DNA of 60,000 nt. It comes from Botryllus schlosseri (taxonomy: Eukaryota). Positions 1-12,624 of this stretch are shown here, piece by piece. The notes under the pieces were generated by a model. It saw nothing but the letters and a program-made list of their open reading frames with translations, was not told where the DNA came from and did not search any database. Made by a program: the position numbers and the translations under genes. Each line of letters opens with the position of its first letter. Position 1 is the first letter of the stretch. The DNA is taken from the NCBI GenBank assembly GCA_051294905.1, contig CM119378.1, positions 3,226,001 through 3,286,000 on the forward strand. The letters run 5' to 3'.

Positions 1-667
1 TGTGGATATACTCAGATATCACCAAAAATCGCATACATTGAGGTCATATAAAGGTCACGCTTCGTTTAGAGCGCAGATATCACGTCTTAAGCATGTCTAG
101 GTCGATTCAGTGCGCATATATCAGGTCCGGACCATGCCTGGGGGAATTTTGTGCGCAGATATCAGCTCTGGAGCATGTCCGAATACAAATAGTGCGCAGA
201 TATCAGGTCTGGACCATACCTGGATTCTTTTGGTGCGCAGATATCAGCTCCGGAGCATGTCCGAATACAAATAGTGCGCAGATATCAGGTCTGGACCATG
301 CCTGGGCTCTTTTGGTGCACAGATATCAGCTCCGGAGCATGTCCGAATACAAATAGTGCGCAGATATCAGGTCTTGACCATACCTGGCGCTGTTTCCTGC
401 ATAGATATCAGGTCCGCAGAATGTCTGACGCCAAGCGATACGCAGATATCAGACCCGGAGTATATCTGGATACAAATATTGCGCAGATGTCAGGTTTGGA
501 CCATGCCTGAGCGTATTTCTTTGGTCGATATCAACTCCACATCATGTCTGGATGGAAATGGTCAGGCCTGGTCACTGGTCAGAGCTGACCAGTAACAGAC
601 CACTTACAGTTATTTTGGAGTCCTCAGGCAGATTTTGCCTGCTTGCATCACTTAGGCTACTCTAGTG

Positions 668-1435
668 CAGGGGTGTCAAACTCAAGTTGTTTCGCGGGCC
701 GCATTCAAACCTTCAGAACATAAGGGATTAGGGGTTCTATTCAAGCGACACGTTTATTCGCAAATAATGGAATTTGCAAAAATCCGAGTATTGACTGGTT
801 GAATATAGTTACAAACCGCTAAAACAGGGGCTCTTACGACGATATAAGCATATTTCTATGATCCCCTTGTTTCAGTCGTAATCTGGCGTTAACTCTGCAT
901 ATGCGTTGGGAGGAATACAAGAGATTTAACTGCAGACGTGGCCGTTGGAATTCGGTTCATTTAAATCGCGATTCGTTTTCCTCTGGTGGTCGGGAACCTT
1001 TTCAGTCAGAAGTGATACAGTAGTGCGAACGCAGATATTTGAATTACATTTTTGTAACTACTATATTCTCCATGTATTCATGCATGCAACGATTTCACAT
1101 TGGCGTTTTCGCTTCTGTGAATAACTAATTCTAGGTAAATTTTTCCATAAAACTCTGAACTCAGTGTTCTCCATTTTGGCTTCCTGGAATTGCGTGTCAA
1201 TGTCACCGAATTTTTGCTAATACTGCTAGAGTGAAACCACAAAATAATAGTTAAAATGTGGCCTATGCACATATTTGACCTATCTTGCATTGAGGGATTA
1301 TTTAATAGAAGTTTCACGGACTAAAAATCTCAACATTTGTTAGAATTATGCAGGATAATACAAGCATTTTTCCATCAACTCGGAATTTTTTCGCGGGCCG
1401 GATAAAATCGTCTGGTCGTATGTTTCACACCCCTG
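668..1435. mobile_element. Non-autonomous hAT-like MITE (Charlie/Buster-like) inside the foldback loop
   Basis: TIR CAGGGGTGTCAAAC / GTTTCACACCCCTG, subterminal GCGGGCCG motifs, 8-bp TSD CTCTAGTG/TTCTAGTG. Confidence 0.8.
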
Positions 1436-1854
1436 TTCTAGTGGTTATATATCTTTGTACTACATCCAATTCTACTTGAAAAAAATTTAAGGAAAAAATA
1501 CCGTATTACTTTTTTGCACTTTGGATTTTGTAAAGTAGAGAGTAGTATTGGCACATGTTTCTATCACGTTTATAAGAATAATTGTCATGATAAATGTTCA
1601 AATAGCCTCACACTCCTTGCGAAAAGAGTGTGTATTCACACCCGAAGGGCGGAGAAGAGTGGTACAAGAACACATAACCTAACTAAGAATTATATAGCGG
1701 TCATAAATCCTACGTGCCTATACGACTACGTGCATACCATTCTACGTTACTATGAGCATGCAGAATTTGGAATAAAATGTTGCAGGCTAGGCTACTGTAT
1801 TTATACCGCGGTTTAAATCTGAGGTACTTTCAGGTTTTGTGTGTCATGAGTACA

Positions 1855-2160
1855 GTGTCGTTCAAAAATAACTTTTTTTCCGGATTCCAGCCATTCACTG
1901 ATCAAATTGTCAGGTTACCCTAAAAAACGCTGCACGCCTAATTTGGTTCAATTCTAACAAGTATATAAGCCACCGCAGAGCCAATTTAAATTTTTAATTT
2001 ATTGGAAAAACTGTTTAAAAAAATTTCAAATTTTCCTGTCAACCCCCCGAAATTGTTGAATTTTCTTCAAAGACGATGCAAAACAAATTTGAATCAATTC
2101 CAACTAGTAGAAGCGGAGTTATTTGAGTTTTTCATTGATAATTCTCGGATTATCTACCAA
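1855..2160. repeat. Half copy of the palindromic TGTTCAAAAATAACTTTTT MITE family
   Basis: Similar to the arms of 16703-17328 and 30343-31013. Confidence 0.6.
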
Positions 2161-3643
2161 TATACACTATTCCCGAAGAATCCGACACGGCTCGGATTTC
2201 GTGCTAATGCGTGAGCCCAACAAAGCGCAGATGGTCGGAGTTTCCCATTTAGCTGTTTAAACGGTATTTACCATGTTTGTCGACTAGGCCTACCTGCGTA
2301 TTCGATTAAGTTGACCGTCGCAACGCTCTATTTGTATCCGGACATGCTCCGAAGCTAACATCTGCGCACTGGTTAGGGCATTATATGTTCAATGCACGCA
2401 TAGGTGCTGATATCTGCGCACCATTTGTATCCGGACATGCTCCAGAGCTGATATCTGCACACCAAAAGAGCCCAGGTATGGTCCAGACCTGATATCTGCG
2501 CACTATTCGTATTCGGACATGCTCCGGAGCTGATATCTGCGCACCAAAAGAATCCAGGTATGGTCCGGAGCCGATATCTGCGCACCAAAAGAATCCAGGT
2601 ATGGTCCAGACCTGATATCTGCGCACTATTTGTATTCGGGCATGCTCCGGAGCTGATATCTGCGCACCAAAAGAGCCCAGGTATGGTCCAGAGCTGATAT
2701 TTGCGCACAAAATTCCCCCAGGCATGGTCCGGACCTGATATCTGCGCACTGAATCGACCTAGACATGCTTAAGACGTGATATCTGCGCCCTAAACGAAGC
2801 GTGACCTTTATATGACCTCGATGTCTGCGGTTTTTGGTGATATCTGCGATATCTGAGTATATCCACAATGATATCTGCGATATCTGAGTATATCCACAGT
2901 AGTGATATCTGCGATATCTGCGATACCTGCGATATCTGAGTATATCCCCAGGCCCAGAGGCATCCACACTGGATAGAATGAAATAAGGCATAGCGTTATA
3001 CGACTACAGGCTAATAGCTACGCCAGAGGATTGGCTTGCAACTTCATTTTATTCAAAAAGTGACCAAGAGAACAAATTATAACTTCATATTACCCGTATA
3101 TACGCTAAGACAATCAATCAGTTACTCTGCTGGCCATCCGCAAAATAGTCGAATGAATTGTCACAGTAGTGGTATAGTAATGGCATGGCGTAAGGGGGTG
3201 TATGTAAGTAGCCATATATTCGATATACAACTTGTGTCAAATTCTTGGGATGTTCATAACTAGAGTTACAATTTCGGAACTTGTTGACAGGAAATTCCCG
3301 CGCATCACACCACACCAAGTTTTCACATCCTCATCCGAGATCGCGCTTGCGCCACGCGTGTGCGGATATAGAATGATCCCCGTGAGCACTGTTATGCATT
3401 TCTGCGAATTCGAACAATGAGTGATGAAGAATGGAAATGGGACGATCGCCCACATCTAACGCGTCAGACATCCGCAGATATCTTCGTTGTTGTGATTCAT
3501 AAATCGACCACTATCGAAACCATGACCGACACCGTATTTATCTTTGTCCAGTATCGGAGTGTCGCGATATCCCGCGTACTCACGTGCGAATTGAATATAC
3601 GTTACAGTATCAGTCTGTTAAGAATTTCATCATTTCAAAACAC

Positions 3644-4062
3644 GAGTAGTAGTCTTTGAAATCAGACACCCACCTGACCCTAGGCAATGTAAAGATGAGG
3701 CATATATGATGCAGATGTAAGACGTTACCTCAACCGCGAAAGCGGTGTCTTCTAAATAGCCTAGAATTGGGCTCTGCTATAAGTCGGCAGCTACGGAATG
3801 AAAATGAAGAAAATTGACGTGGTGTAAATGACCAATTGACTATAGTAGTCGATTAACACCATGAATACGGCACACAAAAACGTTCAAAATGTCACGATGT
3901 AGTAGATCGGGTTTACTCGACGCGCACATGCCAGTCGCCTAGGCCAGGTGGATGTCTCATTCGGAAGACTACTCCAAGTCGTTTGGACATCTTTCTATCT
4001 CTCATTGTATCGCAGTCTTGTGGTTTATTGAAATGATGAAATATTTAGCAATAAATTGAATT
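3644..4062. repeat. Cluster of SINE 3' fragment and LINE-tail-like repeat fragments
   Basis: 3740-3880 matches the 3' half of the SINE at 39253-39527. 3644-3705 and 3925-4060 match the ~150-bp repeat at 48758-48931. Confidence 0.6.
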
Positions 4063-5731
4063 GATATTTCACTTGTCTTATTTATTAGCGTCCTGTGTGC
4101 GCTGTTTTCCAAGTGAGGCGAGCGGAGCGAACTTGGCAACGAAATTTGGTTACGAATGGCAAGTGCTGGTAAATCTTATTGACATCTGTCCGTTGACAAT
4201 AGGGTATTCGGTTGGACGAGTCAATAAATCTCCTGTCTATTCCTCGTAGTACGGGCCGGCCCGGCAATCTCGCTTTCCTCCTTGAGAAATTGACGGATGA
4301 CACGTTACAGCTCCAGAACCACTTGATCAATGTGTTGAGTTAACCAGCACCTGTCCTTGAAGAATTAATGACTACTGTCATGGCTTGAGCAGCATCGAAT
4401 AAACGGTTTCAATGATATGGACAGTGGACACTTTTCAACCTTTACCATTAGTCTGTGAATGATTGCTCAATGCTCAGCCATCAATTGTAAGCTACTTGTG
4501 ACCTGATACATATCTTTCTGTTTATCCTCTGCATGCCATTATACGATTAGTGAATAACTTTTCCTTATCACTTTCGTATTACAATATACCAATACACAGT
4601 CAATGCACAATAATACGCGATGTATATTTTAAATAAATAAGGTAAACAGAACAAGTCGCACATGTATTTGACACGTCTTTCAACGAAATACATGTTTTGA
4701 AAATACACAGACATAGGCTATCATGATCTGGACCAAGAATCATGCACAGCTCAAAGTCCGTACCTTGATCGTTGTTGGTGCGAGTATGATCAACGGTCAC
4801 TCTCAGAGGAGACTGAACTCATGTATTGTCATGGAGCTGCATGGACTGATTTCTAATCATTAGAATTTCAGTGTGGGTTCTTGAATGGCGGCACAAGACC
4901 AGAATTAGCCTACATTGGGAAGAGGCGATTAAATGAGCAAAATCTTATTCCCGAAACGAAGCAACAAATTCAACATAGGAACAACACACTGACATTAGAG
5001 ATGGCTTCAACCTCTGTTACAATGAAACACCATGCTGAGAACTCTTGTTAAACGTTGTGGAAGTGTTGAATTTTACGTGACTTGTTAACCCTAGGAAATC
5101 AATGATGAAAGAATGATCTTGACTTGTGTATTTCAATGTTCCACATGGCGGGTAAATATTTGTAACTGAAACACATCAAAACTCAGATGGACATTCAGGC
5201 TGCTCTTTAAATATCAATGTCTACTTCTAGAATCACAGTATAAGAACGATATTATTGAAAGATAAAGATAACAACCCTTGCCGAAGGCTTAGTATGCCTA
5301 TAGCAAATTTTCACACTAGCCTTAGCGGCAAAGAGATTGAATAGCACAATGTTGTATTGAGCAGTGTGGAAAGCACAAAGCAAGAAAAATTAGGACTGAA
5401 CAAACGAGTTTGCATAACCCTTCCATCCCCACACCATTGAAGTTGGTAACAACATTGCATTACTATGCCAACCCGAAAACATCTTGGTCATCACATGAAA
5501 AGTATTACCACCAACGAACTGATGCCAGAATAAATATATTTTTCACTTGTAAATTCAACGAAGAGGTTCACGGATCAGTGACTGATTCACCGTAGACGAT
5601 GGCGTTTCCATAACTAGTTGATGACACTCGTATTACTGCAGTACGTTATGAAACAACGCAAGGACCTGATGAACATCTGGATCGAGATAGTGCTGAGTTA
5701 AAGGAGGTGCACGCCACCTCACTAATCCACA

Positions 5732-7429
5732 TTACACTTTTGATAACAATGGTTCGCCATTATTATATAAATCAATTGGTAAAGAGTCATTTTGGTTTTG
5801 AACCGTTGTGTTATTACCATTTGGTACTTTGGTACCTTCACAAGTCCGTGAATCCAATTCTACAGACACTGAACCAGTGCTGGACTTTGATGATTCGAGA
5901 TCCCTCAAAAATTGATCAACCTTCTTTCTGTCTTCGACAACATAAAATGATGCGACGAAAAACGCGATTGCCCCTATTACGCAGGCAAATAACGTTATAT
6001 ACATCGACATTTGCATGGATGTATACCTGGTCATGTAAGTATTTGGTTTGCCGACTGCAAGTGCGTCAGCCATTACTCCTAGAAGATACGGACTGCCGGC
6101 ATCTCCAAACAAATGTCCGAACAGAAGTTGAACAGCATTCGCAGTTGATCTTCTATTAGGTTCCGTCACGTATAGAGTCATGTCGCTAATCAATGTCCAC
6201 GTCATGCATAACGACAAGTCAGCGAAGAAAATTAAAATCCATGCCATTACCAGTTGCGATTGTGCGTACTGCACACCGAAAAATAGCAGCGGCGCCCCGA
6301 CTAGTAACCCGATCGCACACACAAGAGCATCGGCATTGAGTTTTCCTCTCATTTTCCATCTTCGTGCCGATTCAGCTCCAATACCAACACCAGCGAATCC
6401 CGCGACACAAGTTATCACGCCAAAAACAAAACTTATGTTTGCATTTTCGCACGCATCATCTTGACAAGCAGGAAGAGCCCCAATGGCAATCTGCGAATAC
6501 GCGATATAAGTAGGGCCCCATAGAGTGAGCGATCCGATCACAAACGCCATAAACGTGAATCCCAGAGATACCCAAATAAACGACTTGTTTCTGGTGAGAT
6601 AACGCAGATCATTGCGGTATGAATGTCGCACTCCGACATTAGCTCCAGGACCAGATGTTTCGCTCGCGCCACGTACTGGATTTGGACATACGAGCACCAA
6701 TAACAATATTGCAATCACTCCTAACACAGGAGTTACACGCAACGCCCATTCCCATCCCCCTAGTGCTTGCGCTACAGCAGCACCCACAATAAAACCCAAA
6801 CCGCTACCAATCGGGGTCGCAAAGAAGAATACAGATAACATCTGCGTTCTCCTAGGACCTACAAACATATCGCCGATTAAAGTCGGGGCAATAGTGGCGT
6901 AGGAGGCTTCCCCTATTCCTACAAGAGCTCTTGTTAACAGGAACAACACGAAATGGTCGGGACTGTGAATAAATGATGAAAGTAGAGTGAATCCAGACCA
7001 CACCATCATGCCTCCGGCCATGATCCAAATTCGATTGAACCTGTCCCCCAAGTAACCAAATAATGGGGCTACCATCATGTAGCTGATGATAAATACAGTT
7101 TGAAGCAGTCCAGTCTGAGCATTGTTGATATGAAAATTTTGCTTGATCTCCATCAATACGCCAGCGATCGTGAATCTATCCATGTAGTTGAGTAGGTTGA
7201 TGAACGTGAGGATAATAACACCGGCGTATCTCTTCCAGTTTGGTATACCGGTACCCGATATTGTGATAGGCTCCGGACTGGTAGTCCGTGGGGAATCAGG
7301 AGTAGGTGATCTTGTCCCATTTCGAAGGAGTTGAGACTGACTGTTGGTAACGTCGTACGACGAATTATCTGGAGAATCATCCTGCTTCCTCCACACGTCT
7401 CCATTCGGTTGGCCAGCAGCATTAGTCAT
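5732..7429 (-). CDS. SPNS1: Spinster-family major facilitator superfamily transporter (SPNS1-like), intronless CDS, ~565 aa
   Basis: Spinster motifs INLLNYMDRFTIAGVL, LFGYLGDRFNR, RALVGIGEASY and HLFGDAGSPYLLG, with ~12 hydrophobic segments. Likely start is ATG 7429 (MTNAAG), downstream of an acceptor-like TTTACAG at 7469; the ORF track extends to 7480. Confidence 0.93.
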   Translation of the reverse strand: MTNAAGQPNGDVWRKQDDSPDNSSYDVTNSQSQLLRNGTRSPTPDSPRTTSPEPITISGTGIPNWKRYAGVIILTFINLLNYMDRFTIAGVLMEIKQNFHINNAQTGLLQTVFIISYMMVAPLFGYLGDRFNRIWIMAGGMMVWSGFTLLSSFIHSPDHFVLFLLTRALVGIGEASYATIAPTLIGDMFVGPRRTQMLSVFFFATPIGSGLGFIVGAAVAQALGGWEWALRVTPVLGVIAILLLVLVCPNPVRGASETSGPGANVGVRHSYRNDLRYLTRNKSFIWVSLGFTFMAFVIGSLTLWGPTYIAYSQIAIGALPACQDDACENANISFVFGVITCVAGFAGVGIGAESARRWKMRGKLNADALVCAIGLLVGAPLLFFGVQYAQSQLVMAWILIFFADLSLCMTWTLISDMTLYVTEPNRRSTANAVQLLFGHLFGDAGSPYLLGVMADALAVGKPNTYMTRYTSMQMSMYITLFACVIGAIAFFVASFYVVEDRKKVDQFLRDLESSKSSTGSVSVELDSRTCEGTKVPNGNNTTVQNQNDSLPIDLYNNGEPLLSKV

Positions 7430-7559
7430 GTTTTTTTTAAATTTAAGATTAATTTTTAATAGTTTCTGCTGTAAAGGCATGAAGCATCGTTGAACAAGCT
7501 ATTTGGTACGGATATTACAAGTACTATGAATTTATTGATGAATGCAGTGTATATGTTAT

Positions 7560-7722
7560 CTTCTATTAATTTTTATTCAGTTGGCATGCCTCCTCATTCT
7601 ACCGCCTAGGCTAAGGTGGGCGTCCGATTCCAAAGACTACTCACAAGTCGTTTCGGCACCTTCATATCTTTTAATTGTATTGCAGTACTGTGGTGTTTTT
7701 GGAACGATAAAATTATAAATAA
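7560..7722 (+). repeat. LINE-3'-tail-like dispersed repeat
   Basis: GCATGCCTCCTC...CCTAGG...GACTACTC..AAGTCGTTTCG.CACCTTC family, ending in an A-rich tail. Confidence 0.6.
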
Positions 7723-7895
7723 ACTCGTACTTGATTAGCAGCCAACATGGCGATATAATTACTTGTAGCATACTAAAGGGAGATTTACTGATAAATACCA
7801 CTCCTGCAACTTCATCTGTTAGTTTCAGTCATTCGATGGATTGTCAGCGTCAATTTGTAGTATAAGCCTGCTGGCATAGACCACTGCGTCAGTGC

Positions 7896-8383
7896 CAGGG
7901 TTGTAACCAAGTCACAAGTCAATTTCACTTTTATAGTTTTAACTCGAGTCAAGCCGAGTCATTTTCAATTCACCACCGAGTCCAAGTCAGCGAGCAGAGG
8001 GTTGAGTCCGACTCGCGGCATTATGACTCAATCCAAGCCGTTGTGTTGACTGTTGACTGCTCAGTTTCCAGTTAAAGTCTTGTTAAATCCACTTTTTATA
8101 ACTCTGTTTGGTAATATCGAATGGTTCGCATTTATAATATACTAATTTTCCTCACTTTTAGCAGTTTCTGGTCGCATTTTCAAGTACCAGTACCAATAGA
8201 CGTTATCCCAATAGTATGGTGACTTGGCTATTCCTTGAAATTACAATGAAATGTCGGTCTTGGCTGTTTGAGTCTCGAGTCAATACACAGATTAACTCGA
8301 GTCGAGTTATTTCCGTATTTTGAGAAAATGACCCGAGTTGGTTGAGCCATCAGAAAATCGTGACTCAAGACAGAACAACCCTG
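7896..8383. mobile_element. hAT-like MITE of the GACTCGAGTC subrepeat family
   Basis: TIR CAGGGTTGT / ACAACCCTG; perfect 8-bp TSD GTCAGTGC (7888-7895, 8384-8391). Confidence 0.85.
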
Positions 8384-10559
8384 GTCAGTGCTTGTGAATT
8401 CTCATGAACAAACCATTAACGTCAATGTACAATTGAACAAAATATATATACCCATATTGAAATAAACCCGAATATCTTATGCTCATACTTGTCAGGGGTA
8501 ATCGTCAGCAACTAGTATACGGTTACGGTACTATGAATTATTATTCAGTTGCATTTGATATAAGCCAATGTGACTTGTGACCAACAACCAAACACACTTC
8601 CGATGGCACCAAGATATTTGATAACTCAAGGACAAATGCATTTTTGTACGAAAGTGCAAGTTGAGACATTGATGTACTGTAGTCTGTAATCATGCGCGCT
8701 GATGATATAATTGAAAAATATAAAAATTAATTGCGAGTGTACTGAGACTTGATGTAGTCAGTCTTGGGAACAATTACACTTAAATTCTGGAAGAAAGATG
8801 AATTGATAGTGGCATAGCGCCATCAAGGAAATTCTCTTCATGAGAAAAGGACTGATGACAAACGGGTTATAACGGAATAAAAGAAGTCAAGTGACATTCA
8901 CATTGTTCAAGTCACATGCAAATATTGACATTCACATTAAAACTGTTAAAATAATGATTTTTCCGATAATAGGACAATGAACAGCATACAGTTCTACGCT
9001 CAGAACTTTGAAAGACTCAGGACATGAAACTTAATAACTTAATATTCAATATTTAATTTTCATACTGTGCTCAAGTAATTCAATTTATTTGATCTTGTGA
9101 ATCTTACTACCCATTAAAAACCAATTCACACACATAAACATCTAGCAAGGTTGAGTGAAGTTAACTCTCGATAAGTTCACACAGACTGCTTCATATCTGA
9201 TATAAACGTTAACTTATTGAGCGTCTTTTCCAACGTTCTGACTTGACAAAATATAAATGGTAACTTTATTATAGGCCTAAATGCATGACCACTAGATCAC
9301 AACGTTAAAATAAGAGGTAGTGTCACGTTAGATCTAACTAGGGCTAACTAAATAACCAGTCCACAGGCTAAATTTAACCCACTAGGCCTTTTACTCTTCG
9401 CTTGGATGGGCACAACTAAAACAGAGGCTGATACTTCATAAGTATATAACATTAAATAGGAATGAGAGAAGTTTACGAATTCCCTTCTGTAAAATTACTT
9501 TCATTACCATTCCAACATTTGTATTTAGGCCTACATAACCGAATTCGGAAATACTCTATATAGTCATGTTGAATATAATCCACATGCATTAAAGACCGTT
9601 ACATCATGACACATCGACTAAAATACTATTTTCCGATTCTCCATTCGGTGATTCAAGTACACCATTCAAACACCCGCGCCTGAAAAGAGAGTCCCTGCCT
9701 CGAGACAGACGAAATGCCACGTTTCGCAAAACAAGTTCCGCGCTGCGCGGAAAACGAATCAGTAGCTAAACGTAGATTCGCAAATCTACGAAACTAGCTT
9801 TGCAGTCGGCATATCATGCTTACCGAGCGTGTTCGAAGTCGCGGTACGTTAGCTACTCAGAGACAGCGGACTCTTGTAAAGATCGCGCGATACGAGAGGG
9901 TAATTTTATATGCGTACAAAGAGAGGTACAATGGTCAGGTCATAATATTCTCAGGCAATACCGAACCGTTCCCATACGCTAGAAGAGTCAATATAGTCCC
10001 TGGTTAAAAACCGAGGTCCAGCTGATCTAGCGTAATAAGTTCGTTTTAGAATTAATATAATTTCAAAACACTACAAGATTGCATGAAATATACGATCAAA
10101 GTTAATTGAACTATGCCACACTGATAGAATTCAACGGGTGTTTCCACTTACAGACTTTCTGATGACGTAATTTCCTGGCCGGTCCCGTTTTCAGCGGCAC
10201 TTTCTGACATAATCAGCCGACTCAATTTGCCACGATTTCTCTGAGTGATGACCTGTAGTAACCCCGCAATAGCGCATAACATTGTTGGGTTATATTTATA
10301 TAGAGGTTGGCACGGATAAATTCACAATCCAGGCACCTGCCACTGTCGTTAAGCCTACGTAGGGTGCGTACCGAGTTACTTCTGCCGTTATAGCCAACTG
10401 ATTCTGGTTATCCGAAATGGCAAGATCACCTACTCTCAAAATGACTCCAAGTAACCTTATGGTTCAGCGTCCGAGAGAAGCACGTCATGTTGGCGTACTA
10501 GAGCGTGACATACTTTGCTCACGCCATATTGACTCGAGGGTGACGCATATGGCTTCAGC

Positions 10560-11105
10560 TTATTATTAAAAATTACATCAGATCGATACACCACAAGACG
10601 GCGATACAATGAAAAAATAGGAAGTAGTCGAAGCGACTTGGAGTAGTCTTTGAAATCAGACACCCACCTAGGCGATCAATAATTTCGTATTGTTTTCGCT
10701 CGATGTGGCTGTTGTGATTGGGTTCGAACTGGGTCTGGTAGGCCGTGCCGTTCATTGAGTACCAGGTCTAGGTTTAATTGGTAATTCACGCATTCTTAAT
10801 CAAGATAATGTTAATAATAATAATTTCATCGGATCGATATACCACAAGATCGCGATATAATGAAAATATAGGAAGGTGTCGAAACGACTTGGGGTCTTCT
10901 GTTATATATTAAAAATAAAACTGAACAATGCATCCACAACCACACTTTTTACGCAAACTTTGGCACTTTGGGTGTTCGGTGTTCAGTTTATTATTAATAA
11001 TTTTATCAGATCAATACACCAAAAGATCGCGAAGGGTGTCGAAGCGACTTGGAGTAGTATTCGAAATCAGACGCCTGCTCGGCGTAGGCGATGTAAAGAG
11101 ACATG
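10560..11105 (-). repeat. Three closely spaced copies of the LINE-tail-like repeat
   Basis: TCAGATC(G/A)ATACACCACAAGA...GTCGAAGCGACTTGGAGTAGT at ~10577, ~10827 and ~11005. Confidence 0.7.
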
Positions 11106-12624
11106 TACGTGGCACTATAGAGACTACAGTCTCTATAGTGGCACAATGCACAGTTGCACCATAGCAATTTGCAACGTTGTAAATTGCTATGGTTGCACAC
11201 ATTGCACATGCACATTGCACACTGACTGAAGATAACATAAACATTACTTGCGCGTGCTTCTACATTCTAAAAATTTCTTTTGACTGGAAAATACCACAGG
11301 TTATCCAAAACCACGTTGCAGGTTTGCCTACAATTCACGCGTTGAAGTTCCTGTTTTATGGTGAGGTAATTCTCACAGAAACACGTGCCTTTTGGCGGAC
11401 TGCGCAAACCATTCAAACACACTTATTATGGTACGTTTCGATTTTGGCGGGATTATTCGAATATCGTAAACTCGATCGACTCGACTGCTTGTTTGTCAAC
11501 TGTCAAGCCTCGCAGTTTGCAGTAGTTTACAGGTACAGGTACACTGTACGAGTGTACGTACAGCGTGGTGTCGAACGATGCAGTATCAATCGACTCGGTG
11601 CCCTATTCGTTTGAACAATTGGATAGTTTTATCATGCCCTGCGCTGACTAGCCGGTTTCGTCCCGTGAATCCTCGTATGCGCGAGTGCAGTAGGCGATGC
11701 AGAAGAATTGATCAAGCCTCGATCAAACCCTACAGGATACATATTGAATATTGAATAATTGTTCGAAGGGTCGACCTATACAAAGACACTTCGAAAGAGT
11801 TTTGGGCGTTGTCGATATAATTGAACGGTACACAAACTGTATTTTTCGCCCGCTTGATATCAATCGTTTTACCGTAGCAATTTACGCTGTTAATTGCTGT
11901 TGTTTTACTGCCTGACACAGTCAGAAAAGTAAACTGTCTTCCTTCTGTGATGTCAATTGTGATACTAATCGACAATTTCAAATCCGATGCAAGAAGAAGC
12001 ATAAGGGTACGATGGAGATATCGTAATTACTCCTCAACTCTGATTACACTACTCGATCATATCCGAGTATAGGCCTACCAAAATTGTTGTGCCGACCGCC
12101 CACGCCTAGTATTCACCTCTGGAATACGCGTCATCTTAAACCTTAAAGGATCATCTACTTGCCCCGTAACGGTACTTAACGATTGGTGCAGGCCTATTTC
12201 TCATCCCGCGAGTAGTTCGGCTCCCTACTCTTGTCGTACGACTCAAACTGTCTCACCCTGGGCTACAAAAATACAAACTGAATTCGCGAAGGAAGTCATG
12301 GCTCACTCCAATGAAACCTATAGTCTGAAAATCATATTTACAAAATCTTCATCGTTCCAAAATTTCACACTATTGCAACCCAGGACGGACTGCATTAAGC
12401 TTCACTAATGTTGTTATCGACTAAAATTCAAAGCACCGCACAATTATCCGATACCATGAAGTATTGATGAACGGGGAGATGATCGAACTAATAAGGTGGA
12501 TTATCGTCTGTGAAATGTGGGTGCATGAACCGCATGACTATCGAGTTGGTAGCATCCTTTTTCTCACCACGCCAAGAATCGAGATAGCAATAATTACCAG
12601 ACCTGACTCGAGCAGACATCCTAC

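Larger units (their letters stand above)
1..2955. mobile_element. Foldback-like element: long inverted arms (about 1-520 and 2330-2955) built of 41-bp tandem subrepeats; left end lies outside the window
   Basis: 1-~360 is the reverse complement of ~2450-2867. GTGCGCAGATATCAG recurs at 110, 151, 192, 233, 274, 315 and 356 (41-bp period, alternating A/B variants). 9-bp GATATCTGC subrepeats lie at 2838-2945. Confidence 0.7.

Noticed and set aside
69..520. Regularly spaced GTGCGCAGATATCAG repeats resembling a CRISPR array
   Set aside because: The spacers are not unique (two alternating variants), the context is eukaryotic, there are no cas genes, and the array is mirrored at 2330-2800.
93..2991. 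Repetitive ORFs (RRYQVWT..., AQISG...) in both arms
   Set aside because: They are translation products of the tandem repeat, with stops in every frame.
9600..10000. CpG-richer stretch as the SPNS1 promoter or first exon
   Set aside because: Plausible by position, but no diagnostic motif or confident donor site supports a call.
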